From a virus, in UHGV virus genome UHGV-0154878: a stretch of DNA of 15,016 bases. One strand, written 5' to 3'. Positions 1-7,127 of this stretch are shown here, piece after piece; positions within the stretch are counted from its first letter, which is position 1, and each line of letters begins with the position of its first letter. The position numbers and the translations under genes were made by a program. The notes under the pieces were generated by a model. The model saw only the letters and a list, made by a program, of their open reading frames with translations. It did not search any database and had not been told where the DNA came from.

Positions 1-194
1 CTTGATCCATAGAGGATAAATGCAGACATCCCTTGTCTTGCTATGATCACTAGAATCATGAAACGAGCTGATCTATGCGCCCAAGCCTGGCTTATTTTTT
101 CTGATAGAGATTTCGCACTAAAAGCATGCGCTAAGCCGTAAATTGTCGAGATTGCCAACATCCCAAAAAAGCTTGCTATAGCGGTTCCAACCAT
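1..194 (-). CDS. Hypothetical small membrane protein, 3' end truncated by the window edge (N-terminal 64 aa visible: MVGTAIASFFGMLAISTIYGLAHAFSAKSLSEKISQAWAHRSARFMILVIIARQGMSAFILYGS...)
   Basis: Hand translation of the - strand from an ATG (complement of 192-194) stays open to position 1. An AAGGGG Shine-Dalgarno lies about 6 nt upstream. It starts 17 nt downstream of the cI stop on the same strand, so it is probably co-transcribed with cI. Two hydrophobic stretches are visible. It is absent from the ORF track because it has no stop in the window. Confidence 0.5.
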   Translation of the reverse strand, partial: MVGTAIASFFGMLAISTIYGLAHAFSAKSLSEKISQAWAHRSARFMILVIIARQGMSAFILYGS

Positions 195-211
195 AATCGC
201 CCCTTGCGTGA

Positions 212-928
212 TCAAACCAGCCTTAGTTTTGTCTCAATTGCAACGCCTATAATCTTGCAGTTTCCATTGATTGGCACGAGAGGCCATGCAGGGTTAAGTC
301 CCTTGAGGTATTTATTTCCGCCGTCGATTATCAGCTTCTTGAATGTTGCTTCGTTAGAGTCAGAAAGTTTTGCTATGACCAAGCTGCCGTTGATCGCCTC
401 CCTTCCGGTATCGAAAAGAACGAATGTTCCCTCTGGAATGCTTAACCCAACCGGTGCCGTCATTGAATCACCTTCCACTTTAAGCCAGAACGCATTACCT
501 TGAATATGCGCGTCAGACTCAAGCCAAACATCTATGTCTTTAATGGTGTATGGTTCGCATGCTTCACACCACGAGCCAGCCTGGATACTGCTTAACACCG
601 GATACCTCTTTCCTGCTCTGTATTCCCCTGCATACCTTACGTTGGCATCGCTCTTAAGGCTTTCTGCCTGTTCTGCAACCTTGGCAGCAATTGACTGGCT
701 AAAATCAGCAATTGAGACTTGCAACAATCGTGCAAAACCAGATGCAACCTCAACGTTTAGCGCATTTCTGCCATTAAGATAATGCCCTACCGCTCCTTGG
801 GTGATACCCAGTTCATCAGCGATTGAGTATTGGGTTATTCCCAATTCTTTCTTTTTTGACTCATACAAAGCCTTAAGCCGCTTAGCGTCTTCGAGCTGTT
901 CTGTCGTCAGTGATTTTTTATTTTCCAT
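212..928 (-). CDS. cI: CI-type prophage repressor (N-terminal HTH, C-terminal S24/LexA-like autocleavage domain)
   Basis: The 238-aa ORF aligns by eye with lambda CI along its length (LTxEQLEDAxRLKAxYExKKxELG...; FWLxVEGxSMTAP; ATFKKLIxD). It is divergent from the cro-like gene across a roughly 100-bp operator region. Confidence 0.93.
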   Translation of the reverse strand: MENKKSLTTEQLEDAKRLKALYESKKKELGITQYSIADELGITQGAVGHYLNGRNALNVEVASGFARLLQVSIADFSQSIAAKVAEQAESLKSDANVRYAGEYRAGKRYPVLSSIQAGSWCEACEPYTIKDIDVWLESDAHIQGNAFWLKVEGDSMTAPVGLSIPEGTFVLFDTGREAINGSLVIAKLSDSNEATFKKLIIDGGNKYLKGLNPAWPLVPINGNCKIIGVAIETKLRLV

Positions 929-934
929 AGCTTA

Positions 935-1012
935 ATTCTAATAGCTAAGGTACTTAAACTAAAAATACCCTGAGTATTGATTGCTTTGAATACCTGTAGT
1001 ATTCTTTGTTCA
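935..1012. promoter_or_regulatory. OR-like immunity operator region with three sites sharing AATAC-N5-GTATT, plus candidate divergent promoters PRM and PR
   Basis: Two perfect palindromes are AATACcctgaGTATT (964-978) and gAATACctgtaGTATTc (988-1004). A degenerate third is AATAGctaagGTACT (940-954). Centre-to-centre spacing is 24 to 25 bp. A candidate PRM -10 (TAGAAT on the - strand, + coordinates 935-940) sits about 6 nt upstream of the cI ATG, implying a leaderless cI mRNA as in lambda. A candidate PR is TTGATT (977-982), 17 bp, TATTCT (1000-1005). Promoter hexamers are weak matches and uncertain. Confidence 0.6.
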
Positions 1013-1034
1013 TGGTTAATAACGGAGAGTGCAT

Positions 1035-1229
1035 ATGATTCGAATGACACTTGCCGATTACGCCAAAATCCATGGACAGGCTAAAGCAGCCAGTGACTTT
1101 GGTGTAATCCAGTGCGCTATCAGCAAGGCCATTCTGGCAGGCCGTAACATCATGGTTACGGTAAAGCCTGATGGCAGTGTGATTGGAGAGGAAGTTCGTC
1201 CTTTCCCAAGCAACAAGAAAAACAAATAG
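1035..1229 (+). CDS. cro: Cro-type repressor
   Basis: The 64-aa product [62 protein letters not shown] aligns with lambda Cro ([21 protein letters not shown]...PFPSNKK). GGAG lies 7 nt upstream of ATG 1035. The track's GTG at 1029 is an alternative start. Confidence 0.85.
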   Translation: MIRMTLADYAKIHGQAKAASDFGVIQCAISKAILAGRNIMVTVKPDGSVIGEEVRPFPSNKKNK

Positions 1230-1235
1230 TAACAC

Positions 1236-1305
1236 CGCTCTTTAACAGTCATGGTCCTCATTCCCGCCGAAATGCGGGAATACAACGCGCATAAGTTGAT
1301 GCGCA
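1236..1305 (+). promoter_or_regulatory. nutR-like site (boxA plus boxB-like hairpin) followed by a tR1-like hairpin
   Basis: CGCTCTTTAACA at 1236-1247 matches the boxA consensus. A perfect 7-bp stem hairpin TTCCCGC-cgaaat-GCGGGAA follows at 1261-1280. A second hairpin GCGCAT-aagttg-ATGCGC at 1287-1304 precedes a T-rich tract. The location between cro and cII matches lambda nutR/tR1. Confidence 0.45.
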
Positions 1306-1337
1306 TAACTTCTTATTTGTTAAGGAAATACTTACAT

Positions 1338-1616
1338 ATGCAACTTACAAGTACTCGCAAGAAAGCGAATGCAATTACAAGCAACATCCTGAATCGAATT
1401 GCTGTACGTGGTCAGCGAAAGGTTGCCGACGCGTTAGGGATTAATGAATCGCAAATTTCGCGATGGAAAGACAGCTTCATCCCAAAAATGGGAATGCTTC
1501 TGGCTGTGCTGGAGTGGGGTGTTGAAGACGAGGAATTAGCGGAGCTGGCAAAGAAAGTAGCCATGGTGCTGACAAAAGAAAAGCCTCAAGACTGCTGCAA
1601 CAGTTTTGAGGCCTGA
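1338..1616 (+). CDS. cII: CII-type transcriptional activator
   Basis: The C-terminal part aligns with lambda CII ([42 protein letters not shown]). I place the start at ATG 1338 with AAGGA about 11 nt upstream; the track ORF begins at 1251. Confidence 0.8.
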   Translation: MQLTSTRKKANAITSNILNRIAVRGQRKVADALGINESQISRWKDSFIPKMGMLLAVLEWGVEDEELAELAKKVAMVLTKEKPQDCCNSFEA

Positions 1617-1650
1617 TGTAGAAAGACTGGATCAATCCACAGGAGTCATT

Positions 1651-1797
1651 ATGACAAAACAACTCAGTCCTTACCAGGACAAAATTCACAAACACATACT
1701 ACGTGATCGCTTCCTGTCCAGCTTCAAGCAGCCTGGTCGATTCCGGGCTGAGTTGGAAAAAGTGAAGCTGATGCAGAAGGAGAAAGGTCATGAGTAA
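1651..1797 (+). CDS. Hypothetical small protein (48 aa) between cII and the replication initiator
   Basis: AGGAGT Shine-Dalgarno 5 nt upstream of ATG 1651. Its stop overlaps the downstream start by 8 nt. No recognisable family. Confidence 0.4.
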   Translation: MTKQLSPYQDKIHKHILRDRFLSSFKQPGRFRAELEKVKLMQKEKGHE

Positions 1798-2689
1798 CAT
1801 ATCTAATCTAGCCGAAGCCAGAGAGGCCAGAAGGCTACAACAACCGCATCAAAGCAGCGGTAAGGGGTATGCCTTGCTGCACCGTAAAATTATGGATGTG
1901 CCGTTTTACAAGGACGCAGAAGCTGCGCATCTGTGGGTTCACTTAATCCTCAAAGCAAAGCATACGCCTGAGTATGTAATGACTGACGCAGGAGAAATTC
2001 TGGTAGGCAGAGGGAAGCTACTTGGCGGTAGAAACTCTCTGGCGTTTGAAACAGGACTCAAACCAGATCGCGTTCAGTACCTGCTTAGAAAGTTCAAAAA
2101 ACTCGGCATGATTGACTGGGTTTCACACGGTAAATTCTCAGTTTTCTCGGTAGAGAAATATGACGATTATCAGTCAAATTTTGTACCAGCAGATTACCAG
2201 CAAATTACCACCTCAAAGCCAGCAATACCAATGCCTGCAAGCAATACTGTACCAGCAGATTACCAGCAAATTACCACAGATAAAGAATATAATAATATTA
2301 TCTCTAATACTGACGTATTAGAGAGTACCGTAGCAGACAAAAAGTCTGACAAGAAAAAACCTTCCGTCAGCTGTCAGGATGTTGTCGATGCTTACCACGA
2401 AATCCTTCCTGAAGCGCCAAGAATCCGCGCACTGAATGACAAGCGTAAAAACCAGATCCGAACGTTCTGGCGCAAAGCCGGAGTGATAACCCGCCAGCTT
2501 GACGGGCATGGGTTCACGATGCAGGACTGGAGAAATTATTTGAGCTACGTTGGCGAAAATTGCCGATGGATGTTCGAAGAGCGCCCAAACCATCAACGCG
2601 GAACCGTCTGGCACAAAAAGGGATTTGATTTCCTGCTTAACGATAATACCTACCTGAAAGTTCGTGAGGGTGAACACGATGACCGATAA
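1790..2689 (+). CDS. Replication initiation protein, lambda O / P22 gp18-like, with the origin embedded in the coding sequence
   Basis: Strong AAGGAGAAAGG Shine-Dalgarno. It sits immediately after cII and before a DnaB-family helicase. Direct DNA repeats (iterons) plus an AT-rich tract lie inside the gene and produce the duplicated peptide [10 protein letters not shown]. Confidence 0.75.
   Translation: MSNISNLAEAREARRLQQPHQSSGKGYALLHRKIMDVPFYKDAEAAHLWVHLILKAKHTPEYVMTDAGEILVGRGKLLGGRNSLAFETGLKPDRVQYLLRKFKKLGMIDWVSHGKFSVFSVEKYDDYQSNFVPADYQQITTSKPAIPMPASNTVPADYQQITTDKEYNNIISNTDVLESTVADKKSDKKKPSVSCQDVVDAYHEILPEAPRIRALNDKRKNQIRTFWRKAGVITRQLDGHGFTMQDWRNYLSYVGENCRWMFEERPNHQRGTVWHKKGFDFLLNDNTYLKVREGEHDDR
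2182..2310 (+). repeat. Candidate origin of replication: iterons (two copies of a 30-bp unit, each containing ACCAGCARATT sub-repeats) followed by an AT-rich tract
   Basis: TGTACCAGCAGATTACCAGCAAATTACCAC occurs at 2182-2211 and again at 2248-2277, 66 bp apart. The AT-rich AGATAAAGAATATAATAATATTATCTCTAATACTG follows at 2278-2310. This is the same architecture as ori-lambda inside gene O. Confidence 0.65.
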
Positions 2690-4115
2690 TTTTTATGCGC
2701 CGCCCCATAGCATCGAGGCAGAGCAGGCGGTGATTGGTGGATTGCTTCTGGATGATGACAGCAGTGAGCGCGTCCAGAAAGTTCTGGCGATGCTGAAGCC
2801 TGATTCATTTTACAGCCGACCACACAAAATCCTTTTCGAAGAAATAACCAGAATGCACCGGGAGCAAAAGCCAGTAGATGGCCTGACGCTTTTCGATGAA
2901 CTGGAGCGTAAATCGTTAACGGCGTCTGTTGGCGGTTTTGCTTATATCGCTGAGATCGCAAAGAACACGCCAAGCGCAGCAAACATCGTTGCCTATGCAA
3001 TGCAGGTTCGTGAAACCGCAATGGAACGCTACGCCATCAACCGCATGACTGAAGCGACGGAATTGCTCTATTCCCGCAACGGAATGACTGCAACGCAGAA
3101 GTACGAAGCTATTCAGGCGATTTTCACGCAACTGACAGACCATGCAAAAACCGGATCGCGTCGCGGCCTTCGCTCATTTGGTGAGGTCATGGAAGACTGG
3201 GTTAGCGACCTTGAGAAGCGATTTGACCCGTCAGGCGAACAACGAGGAATGAGCACAGGGATCCCATCGCTGGACAGGATGCTGTCACCGAAAGGTCTGG
3301 TGAAAGGCTCTCTGTTTGTCATTGGCGCTCGCCCTAAGATGGGGAAAACGACGCTATACAGCCAGATGGCAATCAACTGCGCAGTGCATGAGAAAAAGCC
3401 CGCTCTGATGTTCAGCCTTGAAATGCCAGGTGATCAGATACTGGAAAAACTGGTAGGGCAGAAGTCTGGTGTTAACCCGAATATTTTTTACCTTCCGGCG
3501 ACAAATGACGCTGATGACGGCTATCAGGGTGATTACGATGGTGACTTCAACAGGGCGATCGAAACAGCCAATCGCTTGAGTGAAATCGACCTGCTTTACA
3601 TCGACGACACGCCGGGATTATCTCTGGCTCAAATCGTCAGCGAAAGCCGTCGAATCAAGCGAGAAAAAGGATGTGTTGGCATGATTCTGGTCGATTACCT
3701 GACACTAATGACCGCTGAGAAGGCCGATCGCAACGACCTTGCTTACGGCATGATCACCAAAGGACTGAAGAACCTTGCCAAAGAGCTTGATTGCGTTGTT
3801 GTGCTTCTGACACAGCTTAACCGCGCACTGGAAAGCCGAACCAATAAACGCCCATTACCAAGTGACTCGCGAGATACAGGGCAGATTGAACAGGATTGCG
3901 ATTATTGGGTCGGGATCCATCGTGAAGGTGCTTTTGATGACAGCGTTCCTCCTGGTGAAACCGAACTAATCCTTCGTCTCAATCGTCATGGCAATACCGG
4001 CACGGTGTATTGCATTCAGGCAAATGGCGCTATTTATGACACAGACCAACAGTCTGCTGAAATGCGCCGACGTGAACGCGAGGAACCGCAGTCCAAGAAG
4101 AAAGGAGGATTCTGA
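2679..4115 (+). CDS. Replicative DNA helicase, DnaB family (P22 gp12-like)
   Basis: DnaB N-terminal domain (SIEAEQAVIGGLLLD...). Walker A GARPKMGKTT. RecA-like C-terminal region. GAGGG Shine-Dalgarno before ATG 2679, which overlaps the upstream stop. Confidence 0.9.
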   Translation: MTDNFYAPPHSIEAEQAVIGGLLLDDDSSERVQKVLAMLKPDSFYSRPHKILFEEITRMHREQKPVDGLTLFDELERKSLTASVGGFAYIAEIAKNTPSAANIVAYAMQVRETAMERYAINRMTEATELLYSRNGMTATQKYEAIQAIFTQLTDHAKTGSRRGLRSFGEVMEDWVSDLEKRFDPSGEQRGMSTGIPSLDRMLSPKGLVKGSLFVIGARPKMGKTTLYSQMAINCAVHEKKPALMFSLEMPGDQILEKLVGQKSGVNPNIFYLPATNDADDGYQGDYDGDFNRAIETANRLSEIDLLYIDDTPGLSLAQIVSESRRIKREKGCVGMILVDYLTLMTAEKADRNDLAYGMITKGLKNLAKELDCVVVLLTQLNRALESRTNKRPLPSDSRDTGQIEQDCDYWVGIHREGAFDDSVPPGETELILRLNRHGNTGTVYCIQANGAIYDTDQQSAEMRRREREEPQSKKKGGF

Positions 4116-4384
4116 TGAATAAAAAACAATTAGCCATTCTCGAAAAGGCATGGGATGCGCAAATATCATACGCTTTGAAAGAACAGGCACTACCAATAAT
4201 CCAGACCAAATCGAAAATAGCCAGGCAGTTATGCGATGGCGGATTCCTGAACGAAGTTGAGATTACGCGCCAGATGGTAACGTTCAAAGGGTATGAGATA
4301 AATCATCATGGTATAGCGGCGTATTGCTCCCATCTTCCTGATGACGTTGACATTGATGAAGTGGAAAGGGAGATGAAGCAATGA
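4115..4384 (+). CDS. Hypothetical protein (89 aa) in the ren position
   Basis: ATGA overlap with the helicase stop suggests translational coupling. No recognisable motif. Confidence 0.5.
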   Translation: MNKKQLAILEKAWDAQISYALKEQALPIIQTKSKIARQLCDGGFLNEVEITRQMVTFKGYEINHHGIAAYCSHLPDDVDIDEVEREMKQ

Positions 4385-4409
4385 CCATCTACATCACTGA
4401 GTTAATAAC

Positions 4410-4441
4410 AGGCCTGCTGGTAATCGCAGGCCTTTTTATTT
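4410..4441 (+). terminator. Intrinsic terminator (tR2-like)
   Basis: Perfect 8-bp GC-rich stem AGGCCTGC-tggtaatc-GCAGGCCT followed by TTTTTATTT, located where lambda carries tR2 between the replication and nin genes. Confidence 0.7.
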
Positions 4442-4456
4442 GGGGGAGAGGGAAGT

Positions 4457-4783
4457 GTGGCTGACTGGCAAATTCCAATCATCATTCTTGCCGGAGCTTC
4501 GCTGGTTGCTGGCTTTATCCTGCTGAAGAAGCATAAAGACCGTGATCAAAAAGTCGAAGTTCTCTATGGGTATCCAGCGAACTGCACAACATGGCTGACC
4601 ATTTACCACTACCGAAAATCAGGCCGTTGGGTATTCGAATGGGATGATCTGTTTGCTGAAAAGCGACCAAAGTCATGGGGAGACATCAGCGAATGCATGA
4701 TGTTTGAAGAAAGAAAATCCGGCGCAACTCGAGAAGAGTTTAACGAAGCGTGGAGGCGATTAAGTGAGAGAGGGTATCAATGA
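4457..4783 (+). CDS. Hypothetical protein with an N-terminal transmembrane helix (108 aa; GTG start)
   Basis: GGGAGAGGGAAG Shine-Dalgarno upstream of GTG 4457. Hydrophobic N-terminus IPIIILAGASLVAGFILL followed by a charged soluble domain. Confidence 0.55.
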   Translation: MADWQIPIIILAGASLVAGFILLKKHKDRDQKVEVLYGYPANCTTWLTIYHYRKSGRWVFEWDDLFAEKRPKSWGDISECMMFEERKSGATREEFNEAWRRLSERGYQ

Positions 4784-4805
4784 GCAGAATTAAGTCGAGG
4801 TAACG

Positions 4806-5252
4806 ATGAGGCAAATATACATGCTTCGCAACGAAGCAATCAGAAACAACGCCATAGACGCAATACACTCACTTCCGATCGACGACAAGTCACCCCACGA
4901 AGTCCACATTAAAGAACCAAAGCGGAGCAATCCTCAAAACCGCCTTATGTGGGCGTTATTGCAGGACGTATCGCGTCAGGTGCTCTGGCATGGAGAGAGA
5001 CTTGCGCCGGAGGACTGGAAAGATCTGTTCACTGCCCTGTGGCTTAAGACCAAAAAACTGGAGCAACGAAGTGCGCCTGGTATCGACGGTGGCGTTGTTA
5101 TGCTTGGCGTGCGTACCAGCAAAATGCGAAAGGCCAGCATGACTGAGCTTATCGAAATCATGTTCTGGTTCGGCTCAGAGCGCAACGTGCGGTGGAGTGA
5201 TGACTCCCGGCGAGAGTATGAATGGTCACAACGAAAAGGGAAGGCTGCATGA
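4806..5252 (+). CDS. ninB: NinB/Orf-family recombination protein
   Basis: Resembles lambda NinB (QNRxLWAxLxDVSRQVxWHG...WKxxFTA...RxVRWSD). ATG 4821 is an alternative start. Confidence 0.75.
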   Translation: MRQIYMLRNEAIRNNAIDAIHSLPIDDKSPHEVHIKEPKRSNPQNRLMWALLQDVSRQVLWHGERLAPEDWKDLFTALWLKTKKLEQRSAPGIDGGVVMLGVRTSKMRKASMTELIEIMFWFGSERNVRWSDDSRREYEWSQRKGKAA

Positions 5253-5776
5253 CTATCAAATCAAATACGCCAGCACACGACAAGGACTGCTGGCAAACGC
5301 CGCTCTGGCTTTTTGATGCGCTGGATATTGAGTTTGGATTCTGGCTGGATTCAGCTGCGAGCGACAAAAACGCTCTGTGCGCTCACTGGCTAACTGAGGC
5401 TGACGACGCGCTAAATTCTGAGTGGATAAGCCACGGTGCAATCTGGAATAACCCACCGTACAGCAATATCAGGCCGTGGGTGGAAAAAGCCGCTGAGCAG
5501 TGCATACAACAGCGACAGACGGTAGTGATGCTTGTGCCAGAGGATATGTCAGTCGGATGGTTCAGCAAGGCTCTGGAGAGTGTCGACGAAGTTCGCATTA
5601 TCACTGATGGACGGATTAATTTTATCGAACCATCGACAGGGCTGGAGAAGAAGGGAAACAGCAAAGGCTCCATGCTGCTGATTTGGCGACCGTTCATCAG
5701 TCCTCGACGGATGTTTACTACCGTATCCAAAGCGGCATTGATGGCGATCGGGCAGGGCGTCAGGAGGGCGGCATGA
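5249..5776 (+). CDS. Phage Dam-family DNA N6-adenine methyltransferase (orphan)
   Basis: Motifs DxWQTPxWLFDALDxEFGF and NPPYS (the catalytic D/N-PP-Y/F motif). ATGA overlap with the ninB stop. No adjacent restriction endonuclease. Confidence 0.8.
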   Translation: MTIKSNTPAHDKDCWQTPLWLFDALDIEFGFWLDSAASDKNALCAHWLTEADDALNSEWISHGAIWNNPPYSNIRPWVEKAAEQCIQQRQTVVMLVPEDMSVGWFSKALESVDEVRIITDGRINFIEPSTGLEKKGNSKGSMLLIWRPFISPRRMFTTVSKAALMAIGQGVRRAA

Positions 5777-5955
5777 GACGACAGCGACGAAGTATCACCG
5801 ACATCATCTGCGAAAACTGCAAATACCTTCCAACGAAACGCTCCAGAAATAAACGCAAGCCAATCCCAAAAGAATCTGACGTAAAAACCTTCAACTACAC
5901 GGCTCACCTGTGGGATATCCGGTGGCTTAGAGAACGTGCGAGGAAAACAAGGTGA
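5773..5955 (+). CDS. ninE: NinE-like small protein (60 aa)
   Basis: [60 protein letters not shown] matches my recollection of lambda NinE. ATGA overlap with the upstream stop. Confidence 0.6.
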   Translation: MRRQRRSITDIICENCKYLPTKRSRNKRKPIPKESDVKTFNYTAHLWDIRWLRERARKTR

Positions 5956-6122
5956 TTGACCCAAATCGAAGTTACGAACAAGAAAGCGTCGAGCGGGCTT
6001 TAACGTGCGCTAACTGCGGTCAGAAGCTGCATGTGCTGGAAGTTCACGTGTGCTCCGATTGCTGCGCAGAACTGATGAGCGATCCGAATAGCTCAATGTA
6101 CGAGGAAGAAGACGATGAATGA
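5952..6122 (+). CDS. ninF: NinF-like small Cys-rich protein (56 aa; GTG start)
   Basis: Hand-translated [56 protein letters not shown] resembles lambda NinF. GTGA overlap with the ninE stop. Below the ORF-track size cut-off. Confidence 0.6.
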   Translation: MIDPNRSYEQESVERALTCANCGQKLHVLEVHVCSDCCAELMSDPNSSMYEEEDDE

Positions 6123-6837
6123 GTTAATAAATGGCAATGCCATCAAAATGACAAGCATTGAAATCGCTGAGTTGGTGGGTAAGCGTCATGACAATGTGAA
6201 ACGTACCATCGAAACGCTGGCTAAAAATGGTGTTATCCGGCTTCCTCAAATTGAGGTTTCCGAAAGAATCAATAACTTAGGGTTCAATGTTCAGTACGAG
6301 CATTACGTCTTCGAAGGCGAACAAGGTAAGCGAGATAGTATTGTTGTTGTTGCCCAGTTGTCGCCAGAGTTCACCGCTCGCCTTGTTGACCGCTGGCGAG
6401 AGCTTGAAGAAGCTGCGGTTAATATCCCCAAAACGCTACCGGAAGCGTTGCGCCTTGCTGCTGATCTTGCTGAGCAGAAAATGCAACTGGAAAACCAGCT
6501 CGCAATTGCCGCACCTAAAGTTGAGTTTGCCGATCGCGTTGGCGAGGCCAGCGGAATTTTGATTGGAAACTTTGCAAAGGTTGTTGGTATTGGTCCAAAC
6601 AAACTGTTTGCGTGGATGCGCGATCACAAAATCCTTATTGCTTCAGGTTCCCGGCGCAATGTGCCAATGCAGGAATATATGGATCGCGGCTATTTCACAG
6701 TGAAAGAAACAGCGGTCAACACAAATCACGGAATACAGATATCGTTCACCACAAAAATCACCGGGCGTGGTCAACAGTGGCTGACCAGAAAGCTGCTCGA
6801 TAACGGAATGCTGAAAGTAACAGGGGAGGCTGCTTAA
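6115..6837 (+). CDS. Phage antirepressor, Rha-family N-terminal domain with KilAC/ANT C-terminal domain
   Basis: N-terminus IEIAELVGKRHDNVKRTIETL is typical of the Rha family. The C-terminus (KLFAWMRDHKIL...EYMDRGYF) is typical of KilAC antirepressor domains. Confidence 0.75.
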   Translation: MNELINGNAIKMTSIEIAELVGKRHDNVKRTIETLAKNGVIRLPQIEVSERINNLGFNVQYEHYVFEGEQGKRDSIVVVAQLSPEFTARLVDRWRELEEAAVNIPKTLPEALRLAADLAEQKMQLENQLAIAAPKVEFADRVGEASGILIGNFAKVVGIGPNKLFAWMRDHKILIASGSRRNVPMQEYMDRGYFTVKETAVNTNHGIQISFTTKITGRGQQWLTRKLLDNGMLKVTGEAA

Positions 6838-7127
6838 TGGCTAACCTACGCAAAGAAGCGCGCGGCAGAGAATGCCAGGTACGTATTTACGGCGTATGCA
6901 ATGGCAATCCTGAAACTACAGTTCTGGCACATTACCGGATGGCTGGAATTTGCGGAACGGGAATGAAGCCTGACGACCTGATCGGCGCATGGGCTTGTAG
7001 CGCGTGTCACGATGAAATCGACCGACGCACCCATAATCTCGACAACAAAGACGCCAGACTTTACCACCTCGAAGGCGTGATCAGGACGCAGGCGATACTG
7101 CTGAAGGAGGGGAAGATTAAGCCATGA
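6837..7127 (+). CDS. DUF1364-family protein (YbcO-like putative nuclease, Cys/His-rich)
   Basis: RGRECQVRIxGVCNGNPETxVLAH...CSACHDEIDRRTH resembles E. coli DLP12 YbcO. TAATG overlap with the upstream stop and a GGGGAGG Shine-Dalgarno. Confidence 0.7.
   Translation: MANLRKEARGRECQVRIYGVCNGNPETTVLAHYRMAGICGTGMKPDDLIGAWACSACHDEIDRRTHNLDNKDARLYHLEGVIRTQAILLKEGKIKP

Noticed and set aside
204-782. + strand ORFs 204-503 (99 aa) and 534-782 (82 aa)
   Set aside because: Both lie entirely antisense to the well-supported cI repressor gene and have no recognisable motifs or ribosome-binding sites. They are shadow ORFs.
954-1306. - strand ORFs 954-1235 and 1058-1306 overlapping cro and the operator region
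   Set aside because: Antisense to cro and to the nutR region. The cro assignment is supported by alignment to lambda Cro.
2318-3376. - strand ORFs inside the O-like and helicase genes (2318-2677, 2650-3021, 2916-3143, 3113-3376)
   Set aside because: Antisense to strongly supported replication genes, with Arg/Cys/His-rich composition typical of spurious reverse-strand frames.
4381-4464. 27-codon hydrophobic micro-ORF (MTIYITELITGLLVIAGLFIWGRGKCG) with ATGA overlap to the upstream stop
   Set aside because: Its central codons are the two arms of the tR2-like terminator hairpin, so the open frame is probably a by-product of the terminator. It cannot be excluded as a real micro-protein, so it is mentioned in the ren-cassette finding.
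5383-5964. - strand 193-aa ORF and other antisense ORFs across the nin region (4976-5185, 5158-5367, 5256-5456, 6303-6602, 6436-6627, 6846-7151, 7061-7255, 7237-7617, 7752-7973)
   Set aside because: All are antisense to a continuous, translationally coupled + strand operon of recognisable nin genes.
6287-6803. + strand alternative-frame ORFs inside the Rha/KilAC gene (6287-6562, 6612-6803)
   Set aside because: Out-of-frame overlaps with a gene that has clear domain signatures, and no start signals.
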